Source: an uncultured Candidatus Saccharibacteria bacterium
GTDB lineage: Bacteria; Patescibacteriota; Saccharimonadia; Saccharimonadales; Saccharimonadaceae
NCBI GenBank assembly: GCA_964476395.1
Contig: CAYYYH010000001.1
Span: forward strand, 5,222 to 69,221
DNA: 64,000 nt
Reading direction: 5' to 3'
Under the pieces are notes generated by a model. It was not told the origin of the DNA and did not search any database. It saw only the letters and a program-made list of their open reading frames with translations. Positions 38,507-48,302 of the stretch are shown here, piece by piece. A program made the translations under genes and the position numbers. Positions within the stretch are counted from its first letter, which is position 1, and every line of letters begins with the position of its first letter.

Positions 38507-39221
38507 TTTCCCTCTTCAAATCCTTTATATCATTATGAACACGCGCCTTACCAGCATCAGCCTCTTTACGGGACAATACTGTCTTCACCGTCAATAGCAC
38601 CACTTTCACATCCTGCCCAAGCGAATAGTTTCGCACATATTCCAAATCATACCCAATCTTCTCAAACACCGATAGCCCGTTCCGGCCTTTCGCCGCCGCG
38701 AGCCCCGTAATCCCCGGTCTCACCTTCGCCCGTTCTCGTTCCCTCTCGTTCATATTCTCCCAGTATTCTGGCACCCACGGGCGCGGCCCAATGAATGACA
38801 TTTGCCCCTTAAATACATTTATAAGCTGTGGCAACTCATCCACCGAAGATTTACGCAATTTCTCGCCCAGCCTCGTGTATTTATCATCGCACGACGTATC
38901 TCTCATATCATTATCCGCCACCATACTACGGAATTTCAACATTTCAAACTCTTTGCCCTTCTTGCCAGTGCGTTTTTGCCGGAAAAAAACTGGCCCAGGA
39001 CTATCAATCTTTATCGCTAGTGCCACTACTACAAACAAAGGCGACAACCCCACTAGTAATACTCCAGAAGTCACCAAGTCAAACAATCTTTTCAACGCAC
39101 CAAAAGAAACCAGCCTCATAATCTTAGCCTTACTTGGCACTACTACTGGCATTGTCATATAAACCGGCTTCACTAGCACCGCCTCGCTCCCCACGGCACT
39201 ACTCACAGTATTTTTTGGCAT
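38487..39221 (-). CDS. Priming sugar-phosphate transferase (Bac_transf family)
   Basis: KRLFD, DSPGPVFFRQ, KFRSM, DELPQLINV, MSFIGPRP, PGITGLA. Confidence 0.93.
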   Translation of the reverse strand: MPKNTVSSAVGSEAVLVKPVYMTMPVVVPSKAKIMRLVSFGALKRLFDLVTSGVLLVGLSPLFVVVALAIKIDSPGPVFFRQKRTGKKGKEFEMLKFRSMVADNDMRDTSCDDKYTRLGEKLRKSSVDELPQLINVFKGQMSFIGPRPWVPEYWENMNERERERAKVRPGITGLAAAKGRNGLSVFEKIGYDLEYVRNYSLGQDVKVVLLTVKTVLSRKEADAGKARVHNDIKDLKRENGKNRK

Positions 39222-39255
39222 AATTCTCCACGATAATATAAATTATCCTGTTTAT

Positions 39256-39284
39256 ATAATATACAATACTCCCCCAAAAGTCAA
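39256..39284 (-). promoter_or_regulatory. Probable cps operon promoter
   Basis: TTGACT(39279-39284)-17-TATTAT(39256-39261). Confidence 0.6.
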
Positions 39285-39424
39285 ACACGCTTATGCCACA
39301 CTTTTGCAAACCAAATTCCCCGAAAATTGCCATTTTTGGGGATTTTAAGCCCATTTTACAGATATTTCGCAGAATCTCACCCCCGTCAAACAGGGGTGGG
39401 GCACCATATATAATAATATAGTTA

Positions 39425-42400
39425 CTATTTCTGCCTTCTCGCCACAATCGTAGCGCCAGCCAATACGAATACCGACACCACACCCATCACCACCGAAGCA
39501 CTAGCTACAGCCCCACCATTAGCGCTACCCCGCTCCGTCGTAAACGCACCCGTCTCCGGCGTCACCGGCGGCTCGATAATACCACCACAACCGCCAATCA
39601 AACACACATCTGTAATCGTATTATTAATCACATAGTCATAGCCATTGTGCTCATACGAAGTATCATAGTTCTCCACCACTGTCTCATTGATCGTGTACTC
39701 AATTTCCTCACCATCTTTATACTTACGCAACCCTTCAAATACATACTCCCAATTGCCATCCTCATCCGGCTCAATTTCAACCGTGTCAATCACTTCACTG
39801 TCCGCCAAAAGTTCCACGACGATACTAGCTGGACGCGTGTTGCCAAGATTATCTTCGTCATCCCATTTCTTCGTCACCACCAACTGGCCATCGTTATCCG
39901 GATCGTCATCATCGTTCTTAATCAATTCCGGCTCGTGGTAGTTTACAAACGTCATCGAATACTGATCACCGCTAACCCACACCATCTCATAGTCATCAGA
40001 CGCTAGAACCTCTTCCGCAATATATTCAATCACTTCAGCGTTCTCGTCCGCTACTGGCAAATCCGTAAATTCATACATCCAAACATCATAGCCCTTCAGC
40101 TCTTCTGGCAAATCTTCCTCAGCCACCAAATTACTATCCGACAAACCTTCATTCTCTACTACTTCGTCACCAACTAGCAAGTTCACCATCAAAGTACCCG
40201 GCCTCTTACCATCATTATCATACTCATCATCCCAAATCTTCACCACGGTATATTTAGTTTTGTTCACTTCATATTCATTCTTCATCTTAAATACCGCATC
40301 CTGCCCCTTCGTCACCGAAATTTCCTCATCGCTAGTTGCTTTCAAGGTAAAGTTCTCAATCTCCGCATTCTTTTCTGTAACCGTATATTTACCAGTCGGG
40401 ACCTTTCCTTTCAGTTCACAAGTAATCACATCGCCAACAGTCTTACAACCCTCACTTACCTTCAAAGTCACTTCCGCAAAGTCTTCTGGACCACTTACTA
40501 CAAACTCCAAATCTTTCAATACCGTCGCCGATACACCCGTCACCGTCTTTTCAATCCTAAACGACTTAGCCAAGCTCCGCTTGTTCAGGACCGTCAGAGT
40601 CAAACTATCCTCATCCCACACAAATGCCCCATCCGCTTCGTCGCTAAACACACAGGTCTTAGTATAAGTATTCACTAGCGTATCCACATTTACACCGGAT
40701 AACACACTCGTGCAAGTTACCGTAATCGTCGCCGAACCCGATACGATATCATAGCCCTCTAGAGCCTCCTTCTCGGCGATTTGATATTCAAAGTTTTCCT
40801 CCTTTTTGTTCTTAGTTAGCGGCACCGTAATCTTAATCTCACCATTCTTATCCGTCGTATAATCCTTGTCACCAACCGTAAACACTACACCCTGCAATGC
40901 CTTTCCATCGCCATCGTACTTCTTGATCGAAAACTCATCTTCACCATCATATTCAATCTCCTCAGTTGACTTTGTCCAGGTATTCGTCACTTCATGTTTG
41001 TCATTATCTACACTCTTAGTCCAGCTACCCTCAACTGCACCGTCATTTGATAATACAACTATCGCACTTTCATCTTCACCAAATGTAGTTTCACCAAGCT
41101 TAGATTCTTGCACCGAATATATAATCGGCTCACCGTCTTCATTTAGATACAAATTCTTAAAAGTATGTTTCCACTCATTCGCTGCCGAAACCGTAACTGG
41201 CTCACCTAGTCTCGAACCGTTAGCATAAAGCTCAATCGTAATCGTAGTCGGTCTAGCCAATTCATTACCTTCGCCGTTCCAAATCTTTTGTACAGTCAAT
41301 TCACCAGTTTCATCATATAGCGCCGGCTCATGGAAGTTAGTAACCACACCATTCTCAATCGTTACAGCATAATCATCATCACCAGCAAATTCAGTACATT
41401 TAATACTACTGCCACTACCACTGCAAGTAGACGCTTCTACAATCTCGTAAGTAATAGCCTCACCATTCACAGTCTTTGTCGGCAAATGTGTGAAACTATA
41501 ATCATCCTTATTCTCAAGCGCTAATTTTTGGTACGCCACATACTTACCACTATTATTCTTTACTGCCACATAATAGTTCGCATAATTTTTTCGTAAGCCA
41601 TCACGGTTCTCGCCATCGTTCCAAACTTTAGCAGCAGTCACATCAATATATGGAATCGCCTCATTTTTTACCGTATATGTACGACTTTCGGTATCATAAG
41701 TATACCCAGTCACATTCGTAGCCGAAATCGAAAAGACATACTCAAATATGTTATTCAAATTTACCAAATCGACTTGGTTCAGTTTTTTAATCTTAGTGAT
41801 ATTAACACTTGCCTCGCTTGAAATAGCTTGGTAATCCGTAGGAGCCTCGGTCTCTTTAAGCGAATACTCACCGGCGTCAAGTTTATCAAAAGTTGCTTCA
41901 CCGTTTTCATCGGTGGTTTTAGAAATCGTCGTGCCATTGTTCAGTTTAAGTTCAAATACGGCACCTTCAAGCGGCTCTTCAGTTGAAGCATCAATCTTTT
42001 TAATGCTAAAGCTAGTTAGCCCACTGACAGATTCAGTAGCAGGTGTCCAAGTGTTTCGAAGGACATATTCGTCGAAAGTCATTACTTTCCATCTACCTAC
42101 GACGGCATGCTGACCATTGTTTTCCTCAGCATCGTATTCAAAGAAAGCATCCTGCTGCTCATTGTAAGTAGCACCCTCAATCACGCTTTCTTTGATCGAA
42201 TAGACGATCTCCACGCCATTATCGTATTTTGGTAAATCCGTAAATGAGGCCTTCCAGTTATTGTCAGCATTAGCGTCCTCAGTTCTGCCAGTAGAAACTT
42301 CATTTCCATCAGCACCCTTCTTAAACAATTCAACCGTAATACTACCAGGAAGAGTCTTTCCGCTTAATACATTCCCGTCCGCATCATACCAAGTCTTCTC

Positions 42401-44857
42401 AAAATCAACCCTAGTTTTCTCGTCAAGAAACTTATTAGTTACAGTAACAGACGAGGCTGTGTTACCAGAGACTACATAGTAGTTATCAGCCGTACTAGTG
42501 GATGGAACCAAATCCCCATCGCTACCATATTTTTCTTCATAAGTAATTACAGGATTCGCATCATACCCGGCCTTAACCTCTTCTTCGACATAGTATTCCA
42601 CGCCGGCATCTACGTTGACGATACGGATAGTATCACCAAGATAAAGAGTCTCAGTCAAAGTTCCTTCGCCGTAAATGTGATTACTACGACTAAATCTGAA
42701 ATTGCCTTCCGCATCATACACTTTGTGCGATTCGTATTCTGGATTCTTCTCGCCATAGTAAATACGGTAATCATAGCTGTAAGGATTTCCATCGGCATCA
42801 ATGAGATGTGCAGTTATTTCGAACGAGTCATTAGTGTCGACTGACTTACCATCTTTATCGACTACCTTCTTTTCAATATTAATACCACCCTTCAATGTGT
42901 TCGTAGCAGAAAGCGTATCAAGATTTTCAATCCTTTCAATACCGGTAATATTACCATCAGCATCTCGACTGAAGAAGACATCTTTAACCGCATTACCGAT
43001 TTTCATTGGATGATGGATGTAAGAAGTGAGTTCGAAGTGATTATTGATACCTTTTTCCTCAAAGGTATACTCATGACCGGCCTCAAGAATAGCATACGTT
43101 ACACCACCATAGGATACCTGAGGTGCATTAGGATCGTAGGCAGCGCTGTTTTCTGCAACCATAAGACCAGGAGCCACACTAATGCCAGGGTCAATCTTCC
43201 AATCACTAGTTTCAGTAAGAAGAATTTCGTCCGTCAAATTATCGCCGACTTTAATCTCATATGGTTTACCGTCCATAAGAAGATTAAGCGTCACTTCACC
43301 ACCAACTTCTTCGCGTTGAGTTGGGTCAAGAGAATCTTCCCATTTCTTTTCAAGAGCTAATTTAGCTTCAGAAAGATTAACAGGTTCAGGATTATTAATG
43401 TCAACAGTAGTCGGGTCAGAAGTAACAGATGTAGGAACACCATCTACGGTAGTAGTGGTAATTGTCGAATAAGTGAGAGTAGGAAAGTCGGTATTAGTTT
43501 TAAGTGCATATTTATCGCCATTTTGCTTAATTTGAGATTTCTGAGAATCGGTAAGGTCGTCATAAGATATGATGCCATTATTTAAATCAGCGACCAAATC
43601 GAGCGAAGATTGCTTTGGCCAGACCACAAACGTTATAGTATAAGTTACGCCATTTTCGAGAATCAAATCATCAAGATCCCAATCCACCTCATTATCCGCA
43701 TTAATGGTTGCTTCAGGAGCATTGGTCCATTCCTCACCGAGGCCATTATTAGCAGTTGAGCTATAGGAGCCACCAGAGCGATAATACTTAAGGCCAGTTA
43801 CTTTACCACTAGCTGAAGCTTTAACACTAGAAGCCGTCATTGCCGTGATTCCATCTTCCAATTCAACGTCTGTATAGCCCACGCCAGTAGTAATGTTATG
43901 TACAATCTGGTTTAGCGCATTAATAAGGGCAGTGGTACTACTTGCGTCGGTATAGTATTCAGCATAATCAGAGCTTAGAGAACTGCTATAAGTTCCAGTT
44001 CCAGTGTATGCATATTGGACTAAACTTTTGAGAAAAGCGGAAGGAGTCTGCGAATAACCCGAGCTGTTGCTTGAACTACCCCAAGTAAAGAGACCGTAGA
44101 AAGTATACCCAGCCGAAACAATGGCTCTCGCATCATCGCTAGCATAACCCCATTCTTCACCATAATTCATGTTGACATTATGGTTATTCCGAGCACGAGT
44201 TTCGTCGGTCGTTGGCTCACCGTCGGTTAGAAAAATAACATAAACATCCTCATCCGACTGTGCTTGCTTTTTTGCATCGGCAAGATTTTTCGCTATCTGC
44301 AGAGCACCCTCCCAGTTAGTACCAGTCGAAGTCGTTAGACCATTAATGGTATTTTTCAAAGTAGTTCCATTCGTAGTCCATGTTTGAGCAGTATGCCCTT
44401 CAGTACCAAAGTTTACTACGGCAACTTCGATAATATCAGACCTCACAGAATCTCCAGGAACATTTTGAGCAAGGAGTTTGTCAACGATGCCGTCGTCTTT
44501 GGTTAAGGCATCTTTCTCTGCGTCAATCCTTGAAATGGACTGACCAGAAGCAGTAGTTTCACCACTACTACTATTCATCGAGTTAGAAGTATCAACGACA
44601 AGAATAACGTTAGCCTTCGTAGCACTCGTAGTCTCGCTACTTTCCCTAGAACCAGTTACGCTAAGAGCAATGGTATAGGTTCCGTCACCATTAGGTATAA
44701 GCGTTTTACTATGTGCCGGTGCATCACTCGAAGTATTAGTGTTCGTAGCTCCCGGTTCGTCGTCTGCAGCATAGGTATCAAAAAAGGTCATTGGTACCGA
44801 ACCAAAAACCATCACCACAGCTGCGAAAATATTTAGTATTCTTCGCTTTAAACTCAT
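39425..44857 (-). CDS. vWA-tipped CnaB/SpaA-repeat surface adhesin with sortase-type sorting signal (~1,810 aa)
   Basis: Start likely ATG 44857 (SD GAAGGAG); signal peptide; MIDAS DTSNS, TNWEGAL, FLTDGEP; CnaB repeats KVWND/KIWDD/KKWDD; KKIDA..EPLEGAVF; C-terminal TPETG, hydrophobic segment, RRQK. Confidence 0.9.
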   Translation of the reverse strand: MSLKRRILNIFAAVVMVFGSVPMTFFDTYAADDEPGATNTNTSSDAPAHSKTLIPNGDGTYTIALSVTGSRESSETTSATKANVILVVDTSNSMNSSSGETTASGQSISRIDAEKDALTKDDGIVDKLLAQNVPGDSVRSDIIEVAVVNFGTEGHTAQTWTTNGTTLKNTINGLTTSTGTNWEGALQIAKNLADAKKQAQSDEDVYVIFLTDGEPTTDETRARNNHNVNMNYGEEWGYASDDARAIVSAGYTFYGLFTWGSSSNSSGYSQTPSAFLKSLVQYAYTGTGTYSSSLSSDYAEYYTDASSTTALINALNQIVHNITTGVGYTDVELEDGITAMTASSVKASASGKVTGLKYYRSGGSYSSTANNGLGEEWTNAPEATINADNEVDWDLDDLILENGVTYTITFVVWPKQSSLDLVADLNNGIISYDDLTDSQKSQIKQNGDKYALKTNTDFPTLTYSTITTTTVDGVPTSVTSDPTTVDINNPEPVNLSEAKLALEKKWEDSLDPTQREEVGGEVTLNLLMDGKPYEIKVGDNLTDEILLTETSDWKIDPGISVAPGLMVAENSAAYDPNAPQVSYGGVTYAILEAGHEYTFEEKGINNHFELTSYIHHPMKIGNAVKDVFFSRDADGNITGIERIENLDTLSATNTLKGGINIEKKVVDKDGKSVDTNDSFEITAHLIDADGNPYSYDYRIYYGEKNPEYESHKVYDAEGNFRFSRSNHIYGEGTLTETLYLGDTIRIVNVDAGVEYYVEEEVKAGYDANPVITYEEKYGSDGDLVPSTSTADNYYVVSGNTASSVTVTNKFLDEKTRVDFEKTWYDADGNVLSGKTLPGSITVELFKKGADGNEVSTGRTEDANADNNWKASFTDLPKYDNGVEIVYSIKESVIEGATYNEQQDAFFEYDAEENNGQHAVVGRWKVMTFDEYVLRNTWTPATESVSGLTSFSIKKIDASTEEPLEGAVFELKLNNGTTISKTTDENGEATFDKLDAGEYSLKETEAPTDYQAISSEASVNITKIKKLNQVDLVNLNNIFEYVFSISATNVTGYTYDTESRTYTVKNEAIPYIDVTAAKVWNDGENRDGLRKNYANYYVAVKNNSGKYVAYQKLALENKDDYSFTHLPTKTVNGEAITYEIVEASTCSGSGSSIKCTEFAGDDDYAVTIENGVVTNFHEPALYDETGELTVQKIWNGEGNELARPTTITIELYANGSRLGEPVTVSAANEWKHTFKNLYLNEDGEPIIYSVQESKLGETTFGEDESAIVVLSNDGAVEGSWTKSVDNDKHEVTNTWTKSTEEIEYDGEDEFSIKKYDGDGKALQGVVFTVGDKDYTTDKNGEIKITVPLTKNKKEENFEYQIAEKEALEGYDIVSGSATITVTCTSVLSGVNVDTLVNTYTKTCVFSDEADGAFVWDEDSLTLTVLNKRSLAKSFRIEKTVTGVSATVLKDLEFVVSGPEDFAEVTLKVSEGCKTVGDVITCELKGKVPTGKYTVTEKNAEIENFTLKATSDEEISVTKGQDAVFKMKNEYEVNKTKYTVVKIWDDEYDNDGKRPGTLMVNLLVGDEVVENEGLSDSNLVAEEDLPEELKGYDVWMYEFTDLPVADENAEVIEYIAEEVLASDDYEMVWVSGDQYSMTFVNYHEPELIKNDDDDPDNDGQLVVTKKWDDEDNLGNTRPASIVVELLADSEVIDTVEIEPDEDGNWEYVFEGLRKYKDGEEIEYTINETVVENYDTSYEHNGYDYVINNTITDVCLIGGCGGIIEPPVTPETGAFTTERGSANGGAVASASVVMGVVSVFVLAGATIVARRQK

Positions 44858-45029
44858 TTTGTACTCCTTCGCTCTAGATTTAATGCTAGAATTGCCGTCA
44901 TTATACCACACCTGTCAAACAGGGGCAACGATAAGCGTCTTCAAAGACAACAAAAACAACTCCACTTTAACCAAGAGCATCATCAAAATAACCACAAATT
45001 TTTCAAAACACCCCGAAGCAACTTTCCCC

Positions 45030-45058
45030 TTGACAATTCCACTTCCAACCTGTATCAT
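45030..45058 (+). promoter_or_regulatory. Promoter driving candidate antisense sRNA
   Basis: TTGACA-17-TATCAT with no plus-strand ORF downstream. Confidence 0.75.
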
Positions 45059-45064
45059 TAAATC

Positions 45065-45136
45065 ATAAGGAATATAGCGTTAGGAACTATATTCTAGTTG
45101 GTTGGTTCTAACCGGTCTTACCGGTTAGAATTTTTT
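45065..45136 (+). ncRNA. Candidate ~70-nt two-hairpin antisense RNA
   Basis: GAATATAG-9-CTATATTC hairpin; terminator TTCTAACCGG-TCTTA-CCGGTTAGAA-T6; overlaps 3' end of 29-aa ORF. Confidence 0.6.
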
Positions 45137-45207
45137 CTTCGGCTTCCTCGCCGTACTGAGAGTTTTACAGTAATCCGAATCCGCCATAACGAAAACTTTA
45201 TACTCAT
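45118..45207 (-). CDS. 29-aa basic peptide, candidate type I toxin (below ORF-track cutoff)
   Basis: MSIKFSLWRIRITVKLSVRRGSRRKNSNR*; AAAGGAGG just upstream (short spacing); stop lies in the loop of the sRNA terminator. Confidence 0.5.
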   Translation of the reverse strand: MSIKFSLWRIRITVKLSVRRGSRRKNSNR

Positions 45208-45491
45208 CTTCCTCCTTTCCGAACTTCTGGCATACCTAACATAGCTGTTTAATGAAGCTCCACACCCGCACGAATGCTCTATGGCACATTCCTACTGTTT
45301 TCAAACCCACTAAACTCCGAAGCCAACCCGACATTATCTAAACACACCTTAAAATCTTAATCAACCCCTCTTCAACTAAAATTGAAGCATAAGAATTGTG
45401 CAATCTGTTATTTCACCATTAATCCTTCCGCTTAACTAAACCATAAAAACTTTTTCAAAAAGCACGAGAAGCTTTCTGTAGACTCGAAAAC

Positions 45492-45540
45492 AAAAAAGCA
45501 GGGGGGCAGAATTTCTTCTACCAGGCCCTGCTATTTTTTT
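45492..45540 (-). terminator. Terminator after rpsH
   Basis: AGCAGGG/CCCTGCT stem extended by GGTAGAA-GAAA-TTCTGCC, followed by T6 on minus strand. Confidence 0.8.
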
Positions 45541-45543
45541 AAC

Positions 45544-45945
45544 TTACCAAACCTTCACCAAGATCTCACCACCCAACCGATTCTTCTTCGCTTCGCGGCC
45601 AGTCATTAAGCCCTTCGAGGTAGATACAATGATCATACCGCGTCCAGATTTAATCGTCGGCAAATCGTCCGCACTAGAATACACGCGACGACCCGGCTTA
45701 GACACCTTAGAAATCTCGTTGATTTTTGCAATAGCACCCGGTTCGTTGATGACGACACGGAGCATTCCACGTGGCGAACCATCGACAATTTCAAAGCTAG
45801 AAACGTAACCGTTCTTGACTAAAACTTCTACTACACCAGCCTTCAGCTTAGAAGTCGGGACGAGGATTTCATTTTTGCCAACTAGTACCGCATTGCGAAT
45901 TCGCGTGATGAGGTCTGCAATTTGATCAGTTGATTGTATAGACAT
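45544..45945 (-). CDS. rpsH: 30S ribosomal protein uS8
   Basis: [32 protein letters not shown]. Confidence 0.98.
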   Translation of the reverse strand: MSIQSTDQIADLITRIRNAVLVGKNEILVPTSKLKAGVVEVLVKNGYVSSFEIVDGSPRGMLRVVINEPGAIAKINEISKVSKPGRRVYSSADDLPTIKSGRGMIIVSTSKGLMTGREAKKNRLGGEILVKVW

Positions 45946-45960
45946 ATCTTCTCCTTTCTC

Positions 45961-46230
45961 CTACCAGCTACTCTTAGTTACACCAGGAATTTCGCCTTTA
46001 GATGCTTTTTCCCGGAAATTAATACGTGAAATTCCAAACCTACGCATATATCCACGCGGACGTCCATCCAACATATCGCGGTTTTTTAGCCTAGTTGGCG
46101 ATGAATTACGTGGCAACTTTTGAAGTCCTTCCAAATCGCCAGCTGCCTTTAGCTCTGCACGCTTGTCTTTATATTTTTCGTACATTTTGCGACGCTTAAT
46201 GTCGCGATAAACTGCAGATTTCTTAGCCAT
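45961..46230 (-). CDS. rpsN: 30S ribosomal protein uS14, 89-aa zinc-free type
   Basis: [24 protein letters not shown]; no Cys; [11 protein letters not shown]. Confidence 0.97.
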   Translation of the reverse strand: MAKKSAVYRDIKRRKMYEKYKDKRAELKAAGDLEGLQKLPRNSSPTRLKNRDMLDGRPRGYMRRFGISRINFREKASKGEIPGVTKSSW

Positions 46231-46845
46231 CTACTTGCCCTCCTTTTCGAATGGCATTCCAAAATATTCTAGCAATTTTAGACTTCCTTCCTTTGAGCCA
46301 TTTTTAATTATAAACGTTACCTCTAGGCCATGAACAGCCGCTGCATCCTCAAAAGTAATTTCTGGAAAAACAGTTTGCTCTTTGAGGCCCAAATTGTAAT
46401 TACCTTGCGCATCAAATGCCTTGCGAGAAACACCATGAAAATCTCGCACGTGTGGCAACGCGATGTTGATTAACCTATCGACGAACTCGTACATTTTGTC
46501 ATTACGTAAAGTCGTTAGATAACCAACTGGCGCACCCATACCTTTACGAATTTTAAAGGTAGCGATCGATTTCTTGGCTAGGCGCGAAGTTGCAGCCTGA
46601 CCGGTAATCTTAGCAAGGGTCAATTCTACCGTCTCGGTAAATCTCTTATCCTCACGTTTTTTGCCTACGCCAGACGAAACAATCACTTTCTTTAGCTCTG
46701 GGACTTGATTAATATTTTTAAGCCCAAGCTCTTTCTTGAGTTTTGCCTTTAGCTCGTTATTGTAGAGAGCTTTAAGGCGTGGTTGTGCTTTAGCATTTGC
46801 GCTAGCTTTAGCGCTTGCTTTGGCAGCCGTTTTCTTTTCCGCCAT
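46231..46845 (-). CDS. rplE: 50S ribosomal protein uL5
   Basis: KITGQ, KKSIATFKIRKG, LPHVRDFHG, GNYNLG. Confidence 0.97.
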   Translation of the reverse strand: MAEKKTAAKASAKASANAKAQPRLKALYNNELKAKLKKELGLKNINQVPELKKVIVSSGVGKKREDKRFTETVELTLAKITGQAATSRLAKKSIATFKIRKGMGAPVGYLTTLRNDKMYEFVDRLINIALPHVRDFHGVSRKAFDAQGNYNLGLKEQTVFPEITFEDAAAVHGLEVTFIIKNGSKEGSLKLLEYFGMPFEKEGK

Positions 46846-47150
46846 TACTTAGCTCCTTTCTTAACTTTAGTTTCCTTCTTAGCTGTTTTCTTTTCTGATT
46901 TCTTAGCTGATTTTTCAAACTTAGCAGATTCTACTAGCTTCAAATTAGACAAATCAATCCCAGCGTGCACGGTTTTCTTGCCACCAGCAGGATTAAGATA
47001 TGACTTCCTCATATGACGTTCAATCATACCAATGCCTTCAAGGCAAGCCTTACGTGCTTCGCGATCAATCTTCACAATCTTTGCTTCTTTGCCTTTGTTT
47101 ACACCAGCAATTACTCTAACTTTGTCATTTACTTTTAATTTCTGTGCCAT
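46845..47150 (-). CDS. rplX: 50S ribosomal protein uL24
   Basis: DKVRVIAGVNKGK KOW motif; position in spc operon. Confidence 0.93.
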   Translation of the reverse strand: MAQKLKVNDKVRVIAGVNKGKEAKIVKIDREARKACLEGIGMIERHMRKSYLNPAGGKKTVHAGIDLSNLKLVESAKFEKSAKKSEKKTAKKETKVKKGAK

Positions 47151-47151
47151 T

Positions 47152-47520
47152 TTAGAGTACCTCCGGTGCTAAGCTAACGATCTTCATAAAGCCAAGCTCA
47201 CGTAATTCGCGAGGAATCGGACCAAACACGCGCGTTCCCTTTGGCGTTTTATCGTCATTTACAAGTACAGCTGCATTTTCGTCAAAACGTATCGTTGAAC
47301 CATCTGGCCTACGAATTGGTTGGCGCGTGCGTACGATTACAGCACGTACTACAGCTTTTTTCTTAACGCCACCATTTGGAGTGGCATCCTTAACTGAGCA
47401 AGTAACAATATCACCAACCCTAGCATAACGAGCCCTCGTACCACCAAGCACGCGGATCACTCCGAGCTCCTTAGCGCCACTGTTATCTGCTACTTTTAAT
47501 CTACTTTCTTGCTGAATCAT
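47152..47520 (-). CDS. rplN: 50S ribosomal protein uL14
   Basis: [30 protein letters not shown]. Confidence 0.98.
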   Translation of the reverse strand: MIQQESRLKVADNSGAKELGVIRVLGGTRARYARVGDIVTCSVKDATPNGGVKKKAVVRAVIVRTRQPIRRPDGSTIRFDENAAVLVNDDKTPKGTRVFGPIPRELRELGFMKIVSLAPEVL

Positions 47521-47880
47521 TTAAGCCTCCTCGCCTTCCTTGTTAGCTTCTTCAGCCTTTTTGGCTTTGGCCTCAGCGTCAGCGCCAACTTTTTCGGGCA
47601 ATTCAACTTTATTGACGTCTTCCTTTAGCTCAACTGTACCATGTGATTTCTCAAGTACTTTTACTAATGTATAGGATTTAGTCTTTGAAATTGGACGACC
47701 CATCGCAATTTGCACGCGATCGCCCACGTGAGCTTCATTTTTCTCATCGTGTGCAGTATATTTACGAGTCTTCGTGTACTGCTTGCGATAAAGCGGATGA
47801 GTCTCGCGACTCGTGATGGAGACGGTAATGGTCTTATCACGCTTGTCGGAGGTTACAATACCTATGAGTGTGTGTGCCAT
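47521..47880 (-). CDS. rpsQ: 30S ribosomal protein uS17 with C-terminal extension
   Basis: GIVTSDKRDKT, HPLY, AHDE, RPISKTK. Confidence 0.97.
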   Translation of the reverse strand: MAHTLIGIVTSDKRDKTITVSITSRETHPLYRKQYTKTRKYTAHDEKNEAHVGDRVQIAMGRPISKTKSYTLVKVLEKSHGTVELKEDVNKVELPEKVGADAEAKAKKAEEANKEGEEA

Positions 47881-47881
47881 C

Positions 47882-48301
47882 TTAGAACTCCTCTTTCTTA
47901 ATTATTTTACATTTGACCGGCAACTTATGCGAAGCAAGCCTCAAAGCCTCACGTGCTCTAGGCTCTTCTACATCAGCAATCTCAAACATTACTGTACCAG
48001 CCTTCACCTTAGCTACATAAAATTGTGGTTCACCCTTACCAGAACCCATTTTCACATCAAGTGGCTTCTTCGATACTGGTGTATGTGGGAAAATTCGAAT
48101 CCAAATTTTACCACCACGTTTTACGTACCTAGTAATCGCCTGACGAGCAGCCTCAATTTGGCGCGAGGTAATGCGCTCATTGTCAAGCGACATCAAACCG
48201 AAGTCGCCGAATGCTACAGTATTACAACGTGTAGCTACGCCTTCGTTTTTGCCTTTACGCACCTTGCGATGCGGAACTTTCTTTGGTACTAATATAGCCA
48301 T
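47882..48301 (-). CDS. rplP: 50S ribosomal protein uL16
   Basis: [27 protein letters not shown]. Confidence 0.98.
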   Translation of the reverse strand: MAILVPKKVPHRKVRKGKNEGVATRCNTVAFGDFGLMSLDNERITSRQIEAARQAITRYVKRGGKIWIRIFPHTPVSKKPLDVKMGSGKGEPQFYVAKVKAGTVMFEIADVEEPRAREALRLASHKLPVKCKIIKKEEF

Positions 48302-48302
48302 C

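Noticed and set aside
44858-44911. Longer adhesin start MWYNDG (likewise MWYN at 7539, MYL at 15780, MVEW at 63317)
   Set aside because: These read through the TGGTATAAT/TAGAAT promoter boxes; downstream ATGs fit better, most with an SD
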